Source: Planctomycetales bacterium
Lineage (GTDB): Bacteria > 4484-113 > JAFGCY01
Length of the DNA: 32,000 nucleotides
Direction of reading: 5' to 3'
Assembly (NCBI GenBank): GCA_022646745.1
Contig: CP060262.1
Span: forward strand, 4,020,001 to 4,052,000
Of the stretch, positions 1-8,787 are shown one piece after another. The translations under genes were made by a program, and so were the position numbers. Each line of letters opens with the position of its first letter. Within the stretch, counting starts at the first letter, position 1. A model generated the notes under the pieces. That model searched no databases. It was given only the letters and a program-made list of their open reading frames with translations, and was not told where the DNA came from.

Positions 1-1279
1 CGCCCAGCTCGTCAATCTTTGAGATGTAGGCCATCGCCTCCGTCTCGATCCGGTCGGTCAGGTCCTCGATGAACCAGCTGCCGCCGAGCGGGTCAACGGT
101 GTCCGCCACGCCACTTTCATGGGCGATGATCTGCTGGGTGCGCAGCGCAATCTCGGCTGACTGCTCCGTCGGCAGGGCCAGCGCTTCGTCGAAGCCGTTT
201 GTATGCAGGCTCTGTGTCCCGCCCAGCACGGCGCTGAGCGCCTGCATGGTTGTGCGCACGATGTTGTTGTAGGGCTGCTGCGCCGTCAGCATCGAACCGG
301 CCGTCTGCGTATGGAAGCGCATCATCATGCTCTTCGGGTCCTGCGCCTTGAAGCGCTGCTTCATGATCCGCGCCCAGAGGCGACGTGCTGCGCGGAACTT
401 GGCAACCTCCTCCAGGAAGTTGTTGTGCGCATTGAAGAAGAAGCTCAGCCGTCCCGCGAAGCTGTCAACGTCCAGCCCCGCATTGATCGCCTGCTGCGTG
501 TACTCGATCCCGTCCGCGAGTGTGAAGGCCACCTCCTGCACCGCCGTGCAGCCCGCTTCGCGGATGTGGTAGCCGGAGATGCTGATCGTGTTCCAGCGCG
601 GCAGCTTCTCGGTGCAGTAGCGGAAGCAGTCCGTTGTCAGCAGCATGCTCGGCTGCGGTGGGAAGATGTAGGTGCCGCGCGCCATGTATTCCTTCAGGAT
701 GTCATTCTGGATCGTGCCCCCGAGCTGCGCGGGATCGATCCCCTGCTTCTCGGCCACCACCTGGTACATCAGCAGCAGGATCGTGGCCGGGGCGTTGATC
801 GTCATGCTCGTCGTCACTTTGTCCTGCGGGATGCCAGCGAACAGTGTTGCCATGTCGTCAACGGTGTCAATCGCAACGCCTACCTTGCCCACCTCGCCGA
901 GCGCCATCGGGTCCGTGCTGTCGTAGCCCATCTGTGTCGGTAGGTCGAAGGCCACGGACAGGCCGGTCTGTCCGCTGTTCAGCAGGAAGTGGTAGCGCTC
1001 ATTGGTGGCTCGGGCCGTGCTGAAACCGGCGTATTGGCGCATCGTCCAGAAGCGCCCGCGGTACATGTTGGGCTGCACGCCTCGCGTGAATGGATACTCG
1101 CCGGGGAAGCCGAGGCTGGATTTGTAATCGCGTCCATCCGTCCAGGGCCCCGCCAGCGGGTCAATCGCGTAACCGCTGCTGCTTGCAAAACTGCCGCGGC
1201 GCTCAGGCCGCTTGGCAATGAATGGTTCATAGCGGCCTGAACGCCAGCCATCGTACTGATCCTGCATGCTCACCGGCAT
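1..1279 (-). CDS. B12-dependent methylmalonyl-CoA mutase family, large catalytic subunit (5' part; gene continues past left edge)
   Basis: Own minus-strand translation; the ORF is absent from the track because it has no stop in the window. It reads [12 protein letters not shown]...[63 protein letters not shown]...HTQTAG...[20 protein letters not shown] and [10 protein letters not shown] are acyl-CoA mutase hallmarks. An in-frame TAG at 1283-1285 bounds the N-terminus, and the start is ATG at 1279 or 1267. Confidence 0.85.
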   Translation of the reverse strand, partial: MPVSMQDQYDGWRSGRYEPFIAKRPERRGSFASSSGYAIDPLAGPWTDGRDYKSSLGFPGEYPFTRGVQPNMYRGRFWTMRQYAGFSTARATNERYHFLLNSGQTGLSVAFDLPTQMGYDSTDPMALGEVGKVGVAIDTVDDMATLFAGIPQDKVTTSMTINAPATILLLMYQVVAEKQGIDPAQLGGTIQNDILKEYMARGTYIFPPQPSMLLTTDCFRYCTEKLPRWNTISISGYHIREAGCTAVQEVAFTLADGIEYTQQAINAGLDVDSFAGRLSFFFNAHNNFLEEVAKFRAARRLWARIMKQRFKAQDPKSMMMRFHTQTAGSMLTAQQPYNNIVRTTMQALSAVLGGTQSLHTNGFDEALALPTEQSAEIALRTQQIIAHESGVADTVDPLGGSWFIEDLTDRIETEAMAYISKIDELG

Positions 1280-1380
1280 ATTCTAATGCAGTACCGGCCA
1301 GCGGCCCTGCCTGTGCCGCCGGTTGCTCTGTCCTGTTCCAGCTGAGCAGTGAGCGGTATCGGCGAAATGACCGGCATAAG

Positions 1381-1389
1381 ATTGAATTG
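1381..1389 (+). repeat. ATTGAATTG 9-mer, copy 1 (88 nt upstream of the globin-1 ATG)
   Basis: An identical 9-mer recurs at 1885-1893, at a similar distance (83 nt) from the globin-2 ATG. Each copy is followed 10-14 nt later by a CAAT element. This may be an upstream regulatory site or a duplication remnant. Confidence 0.4.
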
Positions 1390-1468
1390 CTGTAGTTTCT
1401 GTGCAATCATTGCCTTAATCGCAGCTTGGCGAAATTCGCTGGTATGTTCTTATCTTACGGAGTAATTC

Positions 1469-1867
1469 ATGGATGATGCACAGGTCAGGCTTGTACAGGA
1501 CAGCTGGGCAAGGATCAACCCGCTTGGAATGCGGTTCGTGCGTGATTTCTATGCGCGCCTGTTTGATTCTCACCCGGAACTGGAGGGATTGTTCCCGGAC
1601 GATATGGCCAGCCAGGAGAACCTGCTGTACAGGATGTTCAATTCAGCTGTATCAAGCGTGTCATCGCCGGCCATCTTCGATTCCATGATGACCAGGCTGG
1701 GTATACAGCACGGCGAATACGGCCTGACCCAGGAGCATTACGCGGTATTTACACGTTCAATGCTGCAGACGATGCAGGAGACCCTGGACGCTGAATGGAC
1801 TGCAGATCATGAGGATGCATGGCAGGAGATGTTTCAGGAGATGTGCGGCAGGATGTTGGCTGCCTGA
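1469..1867 (+). CDS. Single-domain globin (bacterial neuroglobin-like / HGbI-like)
   Basis: 132 aa with VQDSWARI...FYARLF..HPELEGLFP...Q..LL...LGIQHGEYGL. B10 Tyr, E7 Gln and proximal His are all present. GGAG lies 6 nt before the ATG, and a TGgTATGTT extended -10-like box is at 1440-1448. Confidence 0.85.
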   Translation: MDDAQVRLVQDSWARINPLGMRFVRDFYARLFDSHPELEGLFPDDMASQENLLYRMFNSAVSSVSSPAIFDSMMTRLGIQHGEYGLTQEHYAVFTRSMLQTMQETLDAEWTADHEDAWQEMFQEMCGRMLAA

Positions 1868-1884
1868 TTGGACCAGTTTTCAGA

Positions 1885-1893
1885 ATTGAATTG
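1885..1893 (+). repeat. ATTGAATTG 9-mer, copy 2 (83 nt upstream of the globin-2 ATG)
   Basis: Same 9-mer as 1381-1389. Here it overlaps a perfect inverted repeat, AATTGA-N8-TCAATT (1889-1908). Confidence 0.4.
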
Positions 1894-1967
1894 AGATTTG
1901 TATCAATTGAAACTACACTGTGGCTGTTTGCAGGCTAGAATTTTCCACACCCTATGCGGAGCGCACT

Positions 1968-2384
1968 ATGAATGCTGAGCAGATAAAGATGGTCCAGGAC
2001 AGCTGGGCCAAGGTCACACCCCTTGGATCCAAGGCCACGGAAATCTTCTACAACCGCATGTTTGAGACTTACCCAGAACTGCGCAGGCTGTTCCCTGATG
2101 ACATGCAGGACCAGCACAAATTGCTGTTCAACATGATCAACATGGCAGTCATCGGCCTGACTCGACTGGACGATATCGTGCCCGCTGTGCAGAAGCTTGG
2201 CCAGCGTCACGTGCAGTACGGCGTATCGAATGAGGACTACGGCAAGGTCGGGGAGTCGCTGCTCTGGACCCTTGAGCAGGCACTAGGTGACGACTGGACA
2301 CCTGAGCTGGCTTCTGCCTGGACCGAGTGCTATGGATTGCTGGCCACGACGATGACAAGTGCAGCGGCCGAGCTGAGTAGCTGA
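1968..2384 (+). CDS. Single-domain globin, paralogue of the upstream gene
   Basis: MNAEQIKMVQDSWAKVTPLG...FYNRMFETYPELRRLFPDDM..Q.KLL...LGQRHVQYGV...W...Y. It aligns end to end with globin 1. I prefer ATG 1968 (GGAG 6 nt upstream) over the GTG at 1920 used by the ORF track. Confidence 0.85.
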   Translation: MNAEQIKMVQDSWAKVTPLGSKATEIFYNRMFETYPELRRLFPDDMQDQHKLLFNMINMAVIGLTRLDDIVPAVQKLGQRHVQYGVSNEDYGKVGESLLWTLEQALGDDWTPELASAWTECYGLLATTMTSAAAELSS

Positions 2385-2459
2385 TCCCTTCCGGACGGGA
2401 ACACAATTCCCGCTCTGCTGGTCTGAATATCCGGCTGGTTGGTTTTTCCTGTTGAGGAT

Positions 2460-2801
2460 ATGCCTGACTGGTGTAATAATCATGGAGTGGGTGATAGCAA
2501 CTTGCACACCGTCTTTCTGAGCTTCGAGGACGAGTTCGAATTCTCCGCGAAAATGCCGGAGGAACTGCTCGTCAAGGCCATGAACAGTACCCGCCCAATC
2601 TTCCTCACGGATGATTTCATGGGACGCGTGGCCCAGAAGAAGCCGGACCAGGTGATTCGCGAAATGGTGCGCGACCTGCATCGCGACCGCAATCCGGACG
2701 AGACGGATGAAATCCTGCGCTGGTACTACCTCTTCATGGACTTCGAGCGGGACTTCCCGCGCCTGCTGATGATGCAGGGCAACATCGACCAGAACAACTG
2801 A
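2460..2801 (+). CDS. Hypothetical protein, no family recognised
   Basis: Open frame with GAGGA immediately upstream of ATG 2460 (the track starts at TTG 2439). Acidic, soluble-looking 113 aa, MPDWCNNHGVGDSNLH...RWYYLFMDFERDFPRLL. Same strand as globin 2, 75 nt downstream. Confidence 0.55.
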   Translation: MPDWCNNHGVGDSNLHTVFLSFEDEFEFSAKMPEELLVKAMNSTRPIFLTDDFMGRVAQKKPDQVIREMVRDLHRDRNPDETDEILRWYYLFMDFERDFPRLLMMQGNIDQNN

Positions 2802-2841
2802 TCCCCGGCCGCTGATCAATTCCTGTACAGAATCTATGATC

Positions 2842-2861
2842 GATTTCGCGCGCGCGAAATC
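2842..2861. terminator. Perfect 20-nt palindrome between convergent genes (candidate bidirectional hairpin)
   Basis: GATTTCGCGCGCGCGAAATC equals its own reverse complement. It lies between the orphan ORF stop (2801) and the infB stop (2900). There is no flanking U-tract, so terminator function is uncertain. Confidence 0.35.
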
Positions 2862-2899
2862 AACCGGAACCTACATGGACTGCTAAGTGAGCAGGCAGC

Positions 2900-5455
2900 C
2901 TAGAAGCGGCTGATCTCCACCATCTCATACAGGCTGAGGATGTCGCCTTCCTTCACGTCGGTGTTCTCCACCATGAAACCGCACTCGAAGCCGCTCTTGA
3001 CCTCGCGTACGTCGTCCTTGAATCGACGCAGGCTGTGGAGGGTCATGTTCTCGAGGATCACCTCGCCTCCACGCAGCAGGCGGTACTTGTCGCCGCGCTT
3101 TGCGACACCATCAAGCACATAGCCACCGCAGACGGTCTGGCTCTTGGCGGTCTTGAAGATCGCGCGGATCTCCAGCTTGCCAACCTGGCGCTCCTCGAAC
3201 TCCGGATCGAGCATTCCCTTCATCGCCAGTTCGAGGTCCTCGGTGACCTTGTAGATGATGTCGTAACTGCGGACGTCCACCTTCTCCTTTTCCATCAGGC
3301 GCTTGGCGTTGGAGGTCACGCCCGTGGAGAAGGCGATGATCACCGCTCCCGAGGCCTGTGCGAAGTTGACATCGCTTTCGTTGACCTGGCCGACGCCGGA
3401 GGAGATCACCTGGATCTCGGCGCCTTCCACGTCCAGTTTGCCGATCACATCCACCAGCGCTTCCGCGCTGCCCTGCACGTCGGCCTTGATGATCAGCTTG
3501 AGGGTCTTGATTGCCCCCTCCTGCATCTGGCCGTAGAAGGATTCGAGGCTCATGCGCTGCTTGGAGACGGCCGCCTTCTTGCGGATCTCCGTCAGGCGCT
3601 GCTCTGCGATCGCTGAAGCCTGCTTCTTGTTCTTGAAGGTGTAGACCTTGTCACCGTTCTCCGGCGGGTCAACGAAGCCCAGCACTCGCACGGGGAAGGA
3701 CGGACCCGCGGATTCAACCTCACGGCCGTGGTCATCCTCCATGCGCTTGATGCGCCCGATGCTGGACCCACTGAGCAGGTACTGGCCCTTGCCCATCTGG
3801 CCCTGCTGCACGAGCACTGTGGCAACGACACCGATGCCGGTGTCCACTTCACTTTCGATCACGACACCGAACGGCGGGGCGCTCGGGTCAGCCTGCGGGT
3901 TGACCAGCTCGGTCTGCAGCAGGATCTTGTCCAGCAGGTCGTCAATGCCATCACCGGTCAGGGCGCTGATGTGTGCAAACATCACGTCACCACCCCATTC
4001 CTCCGGCACCAACCCGTGCTCTGCGAGCATGTTGCGCACGCGCTCCGGGTTGGCTTCAGGCTTGTCCATCTTGTTGACAGCAACGATGATCGGCACCTCG
4101 GCGTCCTTGGCGTGGTTGATCGCCTCGATCGTCTGGGGCATCACACCGTCGTCAGATGCGACGACCAGGATCACGATGTCGGTGATGCGCGAACCACGGG
4201 CTCGCATCGCTGTGAATGCCTCGTGGCCCGGGGTGTCGATGAAGGTGATGTGCTTGCCCTTCTTCTCCACCTGGTAGGCGCCGATGTGCTGCGTGATGCC
4301 ACCGGCCTCGCCGGCCACCACGTTGGCACTGCGGATCGCGTCAAGCAGCTTGGTCTTGCCGTGGTCCACATGGCCCATCACGGTCACGACCGGCGGACGG
4401 TACTGCAGGTTGTCGCTGCCGATGTCCTCGAACTGCTTGAGCTCGCCTTCTGGCTCGGTTGCCAGGTCAACTGTGTAGTCAATCTCGAAGTGGTCCGCGA
4501 TCAGCTGGATCTCGTCCACGCTGGCAACGTAGTTGATGTTCGCCATGATCTCGAGCTCGCGCATCAGGAAGCGCACGATCTCGGCGACCTTCACACCGGT
4601 CATCTTGGCTACGTCACGGATGGTCATCTCGCCGGGGATCTTCAGGTGCGGGACGACCGTCGAGGCCTCCTGCGCCTGTGACGCGACCTTGAACACGCGC
4701 TTGCGGCTGCGCATCCGGCCATCGTCATCCTGTCCGCCGATGTTCTTTAGCTTCTTGCGACGGCCACCATGCTGGGCCGCAGCAGCGACCGGTGTGGCCG
4801 TACTCTTGCGGCGCGGGTCAGCCGGCTTGCGCTTCAGTCCGCCACCACTGCCAGAACGGCTGGCATCGGACCTGTCCTCCGGATCCGGCATGCTGATGAT
4901 GCGCGGTCCCCCGGAGAAGTCAGGCTTGTCACTGCGGACGGGCTTGCGCCTGTCTGCCGGACGGCTGTCAGCACCGGCTGCATCCGCACCACCCTGTCGC
5001 GGGCCGCCCTGCTGCTGCAGGCGTTCCTTCTCTGTGATCGGGCTACGCGTCACGCTGCGGCGCGGACGGTCCTCACCCGGATCTTCCTTGGCTGCTACTG
5101 AAGGCTCACGCTTCTCAGGCTTGCGCGCGCCGAAGAAGTCCTTGCGGGCACTGCGCTTGATCGGACCACCATCGAGGTCCACCTTGCTGTCATCGGAAAC
5201 GATGCGGCGCGGAGCCTTCTTTTCCTTTTCGGGCTCCTCGGCGGGACTGGCGACCTCACGCAGGGCGGAGTCATCGGCAAGGCCCTTGCGGCCCTTGGCC
5301 TGGCGCATGCGCGATACGACGTCCTCTTCGATCTTCGTCATGACGCCGAAGCCTTCCACGCCTGTGTCGTAGCCTACCTCGCGCAGTAGCTCCAGCACTT
5401 CGCTGGTGCTCTTGACACCAAGTTCCTTGACCAGATTAATGACCGATTTCGCCAT
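2900..5455 (-). CDS. infB: Translation initiation factor IF-2
   Basis: MAKSVINLVKELGVKSTSEVLELL (IF2_N), a charged linker, then the GTPase core VVTVMGHVDHGKTKLLD...DTPGHEAF...NKMD. AAGGAG lies 3 nt before ATG 5455, and I reject the longer track start at 5533. Sits in the conserved nusA-ylxR-infB context. Confidence 0.95.
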   Translation of the reverse strand: MAKSVINLVKELGVKSTSEVLELLREVGYDTGVEGFGVMTKIEEDVVSRMRQAKGRKGLADDSALREVASPAEEPEKEKKAPRRIVSDDSKVDLDGGPIKRSARKDFFGARKPEKREPSVAAKEDPGEDRPRRSVTRSPITEKERLQQQGGPRQGGADAAGADSRPADRRKPVRSDKPDFSGGPRIISMPDPEDRSDASRSGSGGGLKRKPADPRRKSTATPVAAAAQHGGRRKKLKNIGGQDDDGRMRSRKRVFKVASQAQEASTVVPHLKIPGEMTIRDVAKMTGVKVAEIVRFLMRELEIMANINYVASVDEIQLIADHFEIDYTVDLATEPEGELKQFEDIGSDNLQYRPPVVTVMGHVDHGKTKLLDAIRSANVVAGEAGGITQHIGAYQVEKKGKHITFIDTPGHEAFTAMRARGSRITDIVILVVASDDGVMPQTIEAINHAKDAEVPIIVAVNKMDKPEANPERVRNMLAEHGLVPEEWGGDVMFAHISALTGDGIDDLLDKILLQTELVNPQADPSAPPFGVVIESEVDTGIGVVATVLVQQGQMGKGQYLLSGSSIGRIKRMEDDHGREVESAGPSFPVRVLGFVDPPENGDKVYTFKNKKQASAIAEQRLTEIRKKAAVSKQRMSLESFYGQMQEGAIKTLKLIIKADVQGSAEALVDVIGKLDVEGAEIQVISSGVGQVNESDVNFAQASGAVIIAFSTGVTSNAKRLMEKEKVDVRSYDIIYKVTEDLELAMKGMLDPEFEERQVGKLEIRAIFKTAKSQTVCGGYVLDGVAKRGDKYRLLRGGEVILENMTLHSLRRFKDDVREVKSGFECGFMVENTDVKEGDILSLYEMVEISRF

Positions 5456-5477
5456 AGACTCCTTGCTCTCCCGTGCT

Positions 5478-5744
5478 TCAGTCCACGGGAACGTGCCTGA
5501 ATGCGCGCGCAAGACGTCGCGCCTGAAGCTCATTCAGACGAACGACAATCTTAGCATACTTCGAATGCCTGAATACCAGCACACCGCGCTTCAGCACAGC
5601 ACGCAGGCAAGCCCGATCCGGGCAGAGATAGACGCTGCGACCACCAAATGATTCCGCTGGCCGGGACACATGCCGGACCCTGCCTTCATCATCAAGCTGG
5701 AACCTCAGCAGCTTTCCCTGCTCCTGCTTGTTGCGGCAGCCCAT
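5478..5744 (-). CDS. ylxR: YlxR/RnpM (DUF448) family RNA-binding protein
   Basis: GCRNKQEQGKLLRF...GGRSVYLCPDRACL matches the YlxR pattern (C.GCR..K..L.R...GRGAY.C). Located between nusA and infB. The true N-terminus is uncertain (see findings). Confidence 0.8.
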   Translation of the reverse strand: MGCRNKQEQGKLLRFQLDDEGRVRHVSRPAESFGGRSVYLCPDRACLRAVLKRGVLVFRHSKYAKIVVRLNELQARRLARAFRHVPVD

Positions 5745-5797
5745 ACAGGTCCTGCCGCGATTGCCACGGATGGCCTCTTCAACAGCGGGGCAGAAAG

Positions 5798-6988
5798 CTA
5801 TTCACCAGCCTCTTCGGATTCGTCTTCACCGGCATGGGCACCAGCCATCTGGCCCTCGCCCTCCTCCGGCTCGTCGATGTAGTCGTCATCGTCGTCGTCA
5901 ATGTAGTCGTCGCCGTCGTCCTCACGCATCATGTCGCCACCGGACTCCGCCATCTCCGACTGGCTCTTCACGTCCAGGAAATAGCGGGTCAGCTTGCTGG
6001 CCAGCTTGACATTTCGCCAGCCCTTGCCGATGGCGAGGCTGATCTGGTCGTCGGGGACGACCACGATGCCCTTGCGCTCCTCCTCGAAAATCTCCACGCT
6101 CATCACCTTCGCGGGGCTCAGGGCCTCAGCGATGAACTCGAAGGGATCCTCCTTCCAGAGCACCAGGTCGATCTTCTCGTCGTTGACATCATGGCTGATC
6201 GCCGTGATGCGGATGCCGCGGCTGCCGATGCAGGATCCGACCGGATCCAGCTCGGGAAGCTTGCTGCGCACGGCGACCTTGGCGCGGTAACCCGGGTCAC
6301 GCGAGATCGCCACGATCTCGATGTTACCCTCGCGCACCTCCGGCACCTCATTCTTCATCAGTTCGCGCAGCAGGTCGGCATGCGTGCGGCTGAACACCAG
6401 CATCGGTGCCTTGCGCACATTGCGCACCTCAGTCAGCAGGCATTTCACCCGCTGCCCGGGATTGAGACGCTCACGCGGGATCTGCTCCTTGTAGGCGATG
6501 ATGCCCTCCACCTTGTCCGGGGTCTCGACGTAGACATCGCCACGCTCCACGAACAGCACGGTGCAGTTGATCATCTCGAAGATGCGGTCCCCGTAAAGGC
6601 GCATCACCTTGTCACGTTCGGCGTCCTTGATCAGGCTCTTGAGCTTCTGCTTGAAGGTGTGGATCGCCAGGTTGCCAAGCGAAGTCATGTCCGCCTCAAA
6701 GCCGAGGCTGTCGCCGATCTCAGCGCCTTCCTCAACCTCGCGGGCCTCCGCCAGGCTGATTTCCTCGTTCTCGTCCTGGACATCCTCCACGACGGTCTTG
6801 GTCAGGTAGGCCTCAATCACCCCGGTGCGCAGGTTGACCTCGACCTCGAGGTTGCTGGCGGAGCCGAAGTTCTTCTCGTATGCGGCCTCAAAGCCCTGGC
6901 GCAGGGCGTCAACGATCCGGTCCCGCGGGATGCCGCGGGTGGTCTCGATCTCCTGTATTGCAGCTGCGAACTGCGGATCTAACTTCAT
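5798..6988 (-). CDS. nusA: Transcription termination/antitermination factor NusA (short form with an acidic C-terminal tail)
   Basis: MKLDPQFAAAIQEIETTRGIPRDRIVDALRQGFEAAYEK, followed by S1 and KH regions (GSCIGSRGIRI). ATG 6988 lies 1 nt after the rimP stop. The longer track start at 7075 would overlap rimP. Confidence 0.93.
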   Translation of the reverse strand: MKLDPQFAAAIQEIETTRGIPRDRIVDALRQGFEAAYEKNFGSASNLEVEVNLRTGVIEAYLTKTVVEDVQDENEEISLAEAREVEEGAEIGDSLGFEADMTSLGNLAIHTFKQKLKSLIKDAERDKVMRLYGDRIFEMINCTVLFVERGDVYVETPDKVEGIIAYKEQIPRERLNPGQRVKCLLTEVRNVRKAPMLVFSRTHADLLRELMKNEVPEVREGNIEIVAISRDPGYRAKVAVRSKLPELDPVGSCIGSRGIRITAISHDVNDEKIDLVLWKEDPFEFIAEALSPAKVMSVEIFEEERKGIVVVPDDQISLAIGKGWRNVKLASKLTRYFLDVKSQSEMAESGGDMMREDDGDDYIDDDDDDYIDEPEEGEGQMAGAHAGEDESEEAGE

Positions 6989-6989
6989 T

Positions 6990-7460
6990 TCAGAACTCCA
7001 CATTGGGGACCAGGTTCGCCTTCTCGACTGAACCGCGGTCCACCTGGACGGTCTCCCCGCCCTCACTTGGGACAATCATCAGCTTCCTGTCCGTGAAGCT
7101 CGCCAGCTGGCCCTTGAGGGTCACCTTGTGCTGGCCGTCAAAGAAACGCACCTTCACTTCACGTCCGAGGAACTTCTCAAAGTCCCTGTCTCGCTTGAGT
7201 ACCCGGTCAAGTCCACCGCTGGACAGCTCCAGGCTGCTCTTCTCGTTGTAAACTCCCTTCATTTCCAGGAACAGGCGCACCTGGGGTGCCATCCCGCTGC
7301 AGTCGTCTATCGTAATCTTCTCATCACCGACATGCTCGAACAGCACGCGGTAAATCCGGCTCGGCCCCTTTCCGGCAATGACAAAGTCCACCAACTGGTA
7401 TCCATAATCATAGAGGAACTCATCGAGTTCCTCCTCCAGCTGTAACATGTCTGTGTACAT
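6990..7460 (-). CDS. rimP: Ribosome maturation factor RimP
   Basis: Conserved position upstream of nusA. ...YGYQLVDFV....RIYRVLFEH..EKITIDDCSGMAPQV matches the RimP pattern. The start could be ATG 7460 or 7448, and neither has an SD. Confidence 0.85.
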   Translation of the reverse strand: MYTDMLQLEEELDEFLYDYGYQLVDFVIAGKGPSRIYRVLFEHVGDEKITIDDCSGMAPQVRLFLEMKGVYNEKSSLELSSGGLDRVLKRDRDFEKFLGREVKVRFFDGQHKVTLKGQLASFTDRKLMIVPSEGGETVQVDRGSVEKANLVPNVEF

Positions 7461-7463
7461 TGC

Positions 7464-7486
7464 AAAAAAAAGGCCACAGAGTGACC
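7464..7486 (-). terminator. Terminator-like hairpin plus U8 in the rimP-nusA leader
   Basis: Minus-strand RNA reads GGUCAC-UCU-GUGGCC (6 bp including one G-U) followed by UUUUUUUU and then GCA-AUG of rimP. Confidence 0.5.
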
Positions 7487-7650
7487 AGCGCCCGGAATCC
7501 GTTTGTCGCTAAGATAATAACACACTATATACATTTAGCTTTGGCCGGCGATGAAAGGTGAATATTGCAGAATCAAACAAGTCATTGCTGTGTGTGGTGC
7601 AATGGCATATCAATTAGAATAGGAATGGGGCATCTCCCGTCAGAATTACA

Positions 7651-8784
7651 GTGAAGTGGATCCGTACAGTAGATAAATATGTGTTCCTCGAAGCCGGGGG
7701 ACTTTTTGTGCTTGGATTCAGCGCTTTCCTGGCATTCCTGCTGATCAACAAACTGTTCCTCGAGGCGGACAAGCTTTTGGATCCGAGCCAGCCCGGCAAG
7801 GCGATCGCGATGGTCACCTTGCTGGAAGCTCCGAACTTCATGACCTGGAGCCTGCCGATCGGCATCCTGTTCGCCACCCTGATGAGCATGGGGCGCCTGG
7901 CAAAGGACAACGAGCTGACTGCTTTCTTCACGAACGGCATCAGTCTCTACCGCCTGTTCATGCCATATCTCGTGCTGTCCTGCATCGCAGTGATCATCGC
8001 CTACTTCACGCAGGAGAACCTGGTCACCCTGGCGGCGGCCCAGCAGCAGAAGATTATTGACGCGAACCCAGTGATCCGCCAGGATGAGAACAGCGAAGCG
8101 GACCCATTCATAACCAGGCTGGACAGCGGCCAGTTCCTCGCCGCCACCTCATTCGATGAGGACAGCGGCGCGTTGAACAACGTTGTGTACGACTCCTGGA
8201 GCGAGAACGAGGGTGAACTGCTGGTGACCAGCCGGGTTGGCAGTGTCAACAAGGCGATCCTCAACCTCGGCGTGAACCTCGCCACCCCGGCTCATGTGTT
8301 TGACCACTTCACCACCGACCCGAAGATCATCGGTGATGCGGAAAGCGCCAAGCTGTATGACAGCTACATCAATGAGCCGACATACAAGAGCAACATCGGC
8401 CTAGCCCTGGCGGACCAGTACACCCAGATCAAGACCCCACAGGAGCTGACCCAGACCGACCTCGCGGAACAGTCGCGCATCAAGAAGGCCCGTGGTGAGA
8501 ACGTGGCCCAGGAAATGACCGACTACCACATGCGCTACAGCGGACCCTTCGCATCGCTGGCATTCGCGCTCGTGGCAATGCCGCTTTCCCTTCGCGCCCC
8601 GCGTGACGAGCGCCTGCTGGGCCTTATCATCAGCTTCGTACTGGTGCTGATCTACTACACCATCTATTTCCTTGCCAAGCTGATGGGTTACAACGAGGTG
8701 GTCCCGCCCTGGCTTGCGGCATGGGCGATGAACATAGTCTTCGCTTTCATCGCCTTCGGTATCTTCCTGTTCAGCCGCAAGTAA
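7651..8784 (+). CDS. LptF/LptG family (YjgP/YjgQ) LPS export permease
   Basis: MKWIRTVDKYVFLEAGGLFVLGF...GRLAKDNELTAFFTNGISLYRL, a central periplasmic insert, then C-terminal TMs with PLSLRAPRDER. GTG start. Confidence 0.85.
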   Translation: MKWIRTVDKYVFLEAGGLFVLGFSAFLAFLLINKLFLEADKLLDPSQPGKAIAMVTLLEAPNFMTWSLPIGILFATLMSMGRLAKDNELTAFFTNGISLYRLFMPYLVLSCIAVIIAYFTQENLVTLAAAQQQKIIDANPVIRQDENSEADPFITRLDSGQFLAATSFDEDSGALNNVVYDSWSENEGELLVTSRVGSVNKAILNLGVNLATPAHVFDHFTTDPKIIGDAESAKLYDSYINEPTYKSNIGLALADQYTQIKTPQELTQTDLAEQSRIKKARGENVAQEMTDYHMRYSGPFASLAFALVAMPLSLRAPRDERLLGLIISFVLVLIYYTIYFLAKLMGYNEVVPPWLAAWAMNIVFAFIAFGIFLFSRK

Positions 8785-8787
8785 GCC

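Noticed and set aside
1889-1908. FNR/CRP-type site upstream of globin 2
   Set aside because: The sequence is TTGA-N8-TCAA rather than the TTGA-N6-TCAA spacing of FNR/CRP boxes, and the copy upstream of globin 1 lacks the inverted partner at the same spacing.
2900-5533. Longer track starts for infB (5533), nusA (7075), pspA (12910), trxA (17642), globin 2 (1920), the GH2-like gene (24550), the MCP (27951), yidD (13449) and the Gln-rich protein (24465)
   Set aside because: In each case an internal start is preceded by a good SD, coincides with the conserved family N-terminus or signal peptide, or avoids overlap with the neighbouring gene.
5648-6982. Long antisense ORFs: 444 aa opposite nusA, 431 aa at 13727-15022 opposite yidC, 382 aa at 26023-27171 opposite the GH2-like gene, and 484 aa at 28295-29749 opposite the MCP
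   Set aside because: Each lies fully antisense to a gene with clear family motifs. Their translations are low-complexity (Arg/Ala/His/Leu- or Ser/Ala-rich) with no recognisable domains. Such shadow ORFs are expected in GC-rich DNA.
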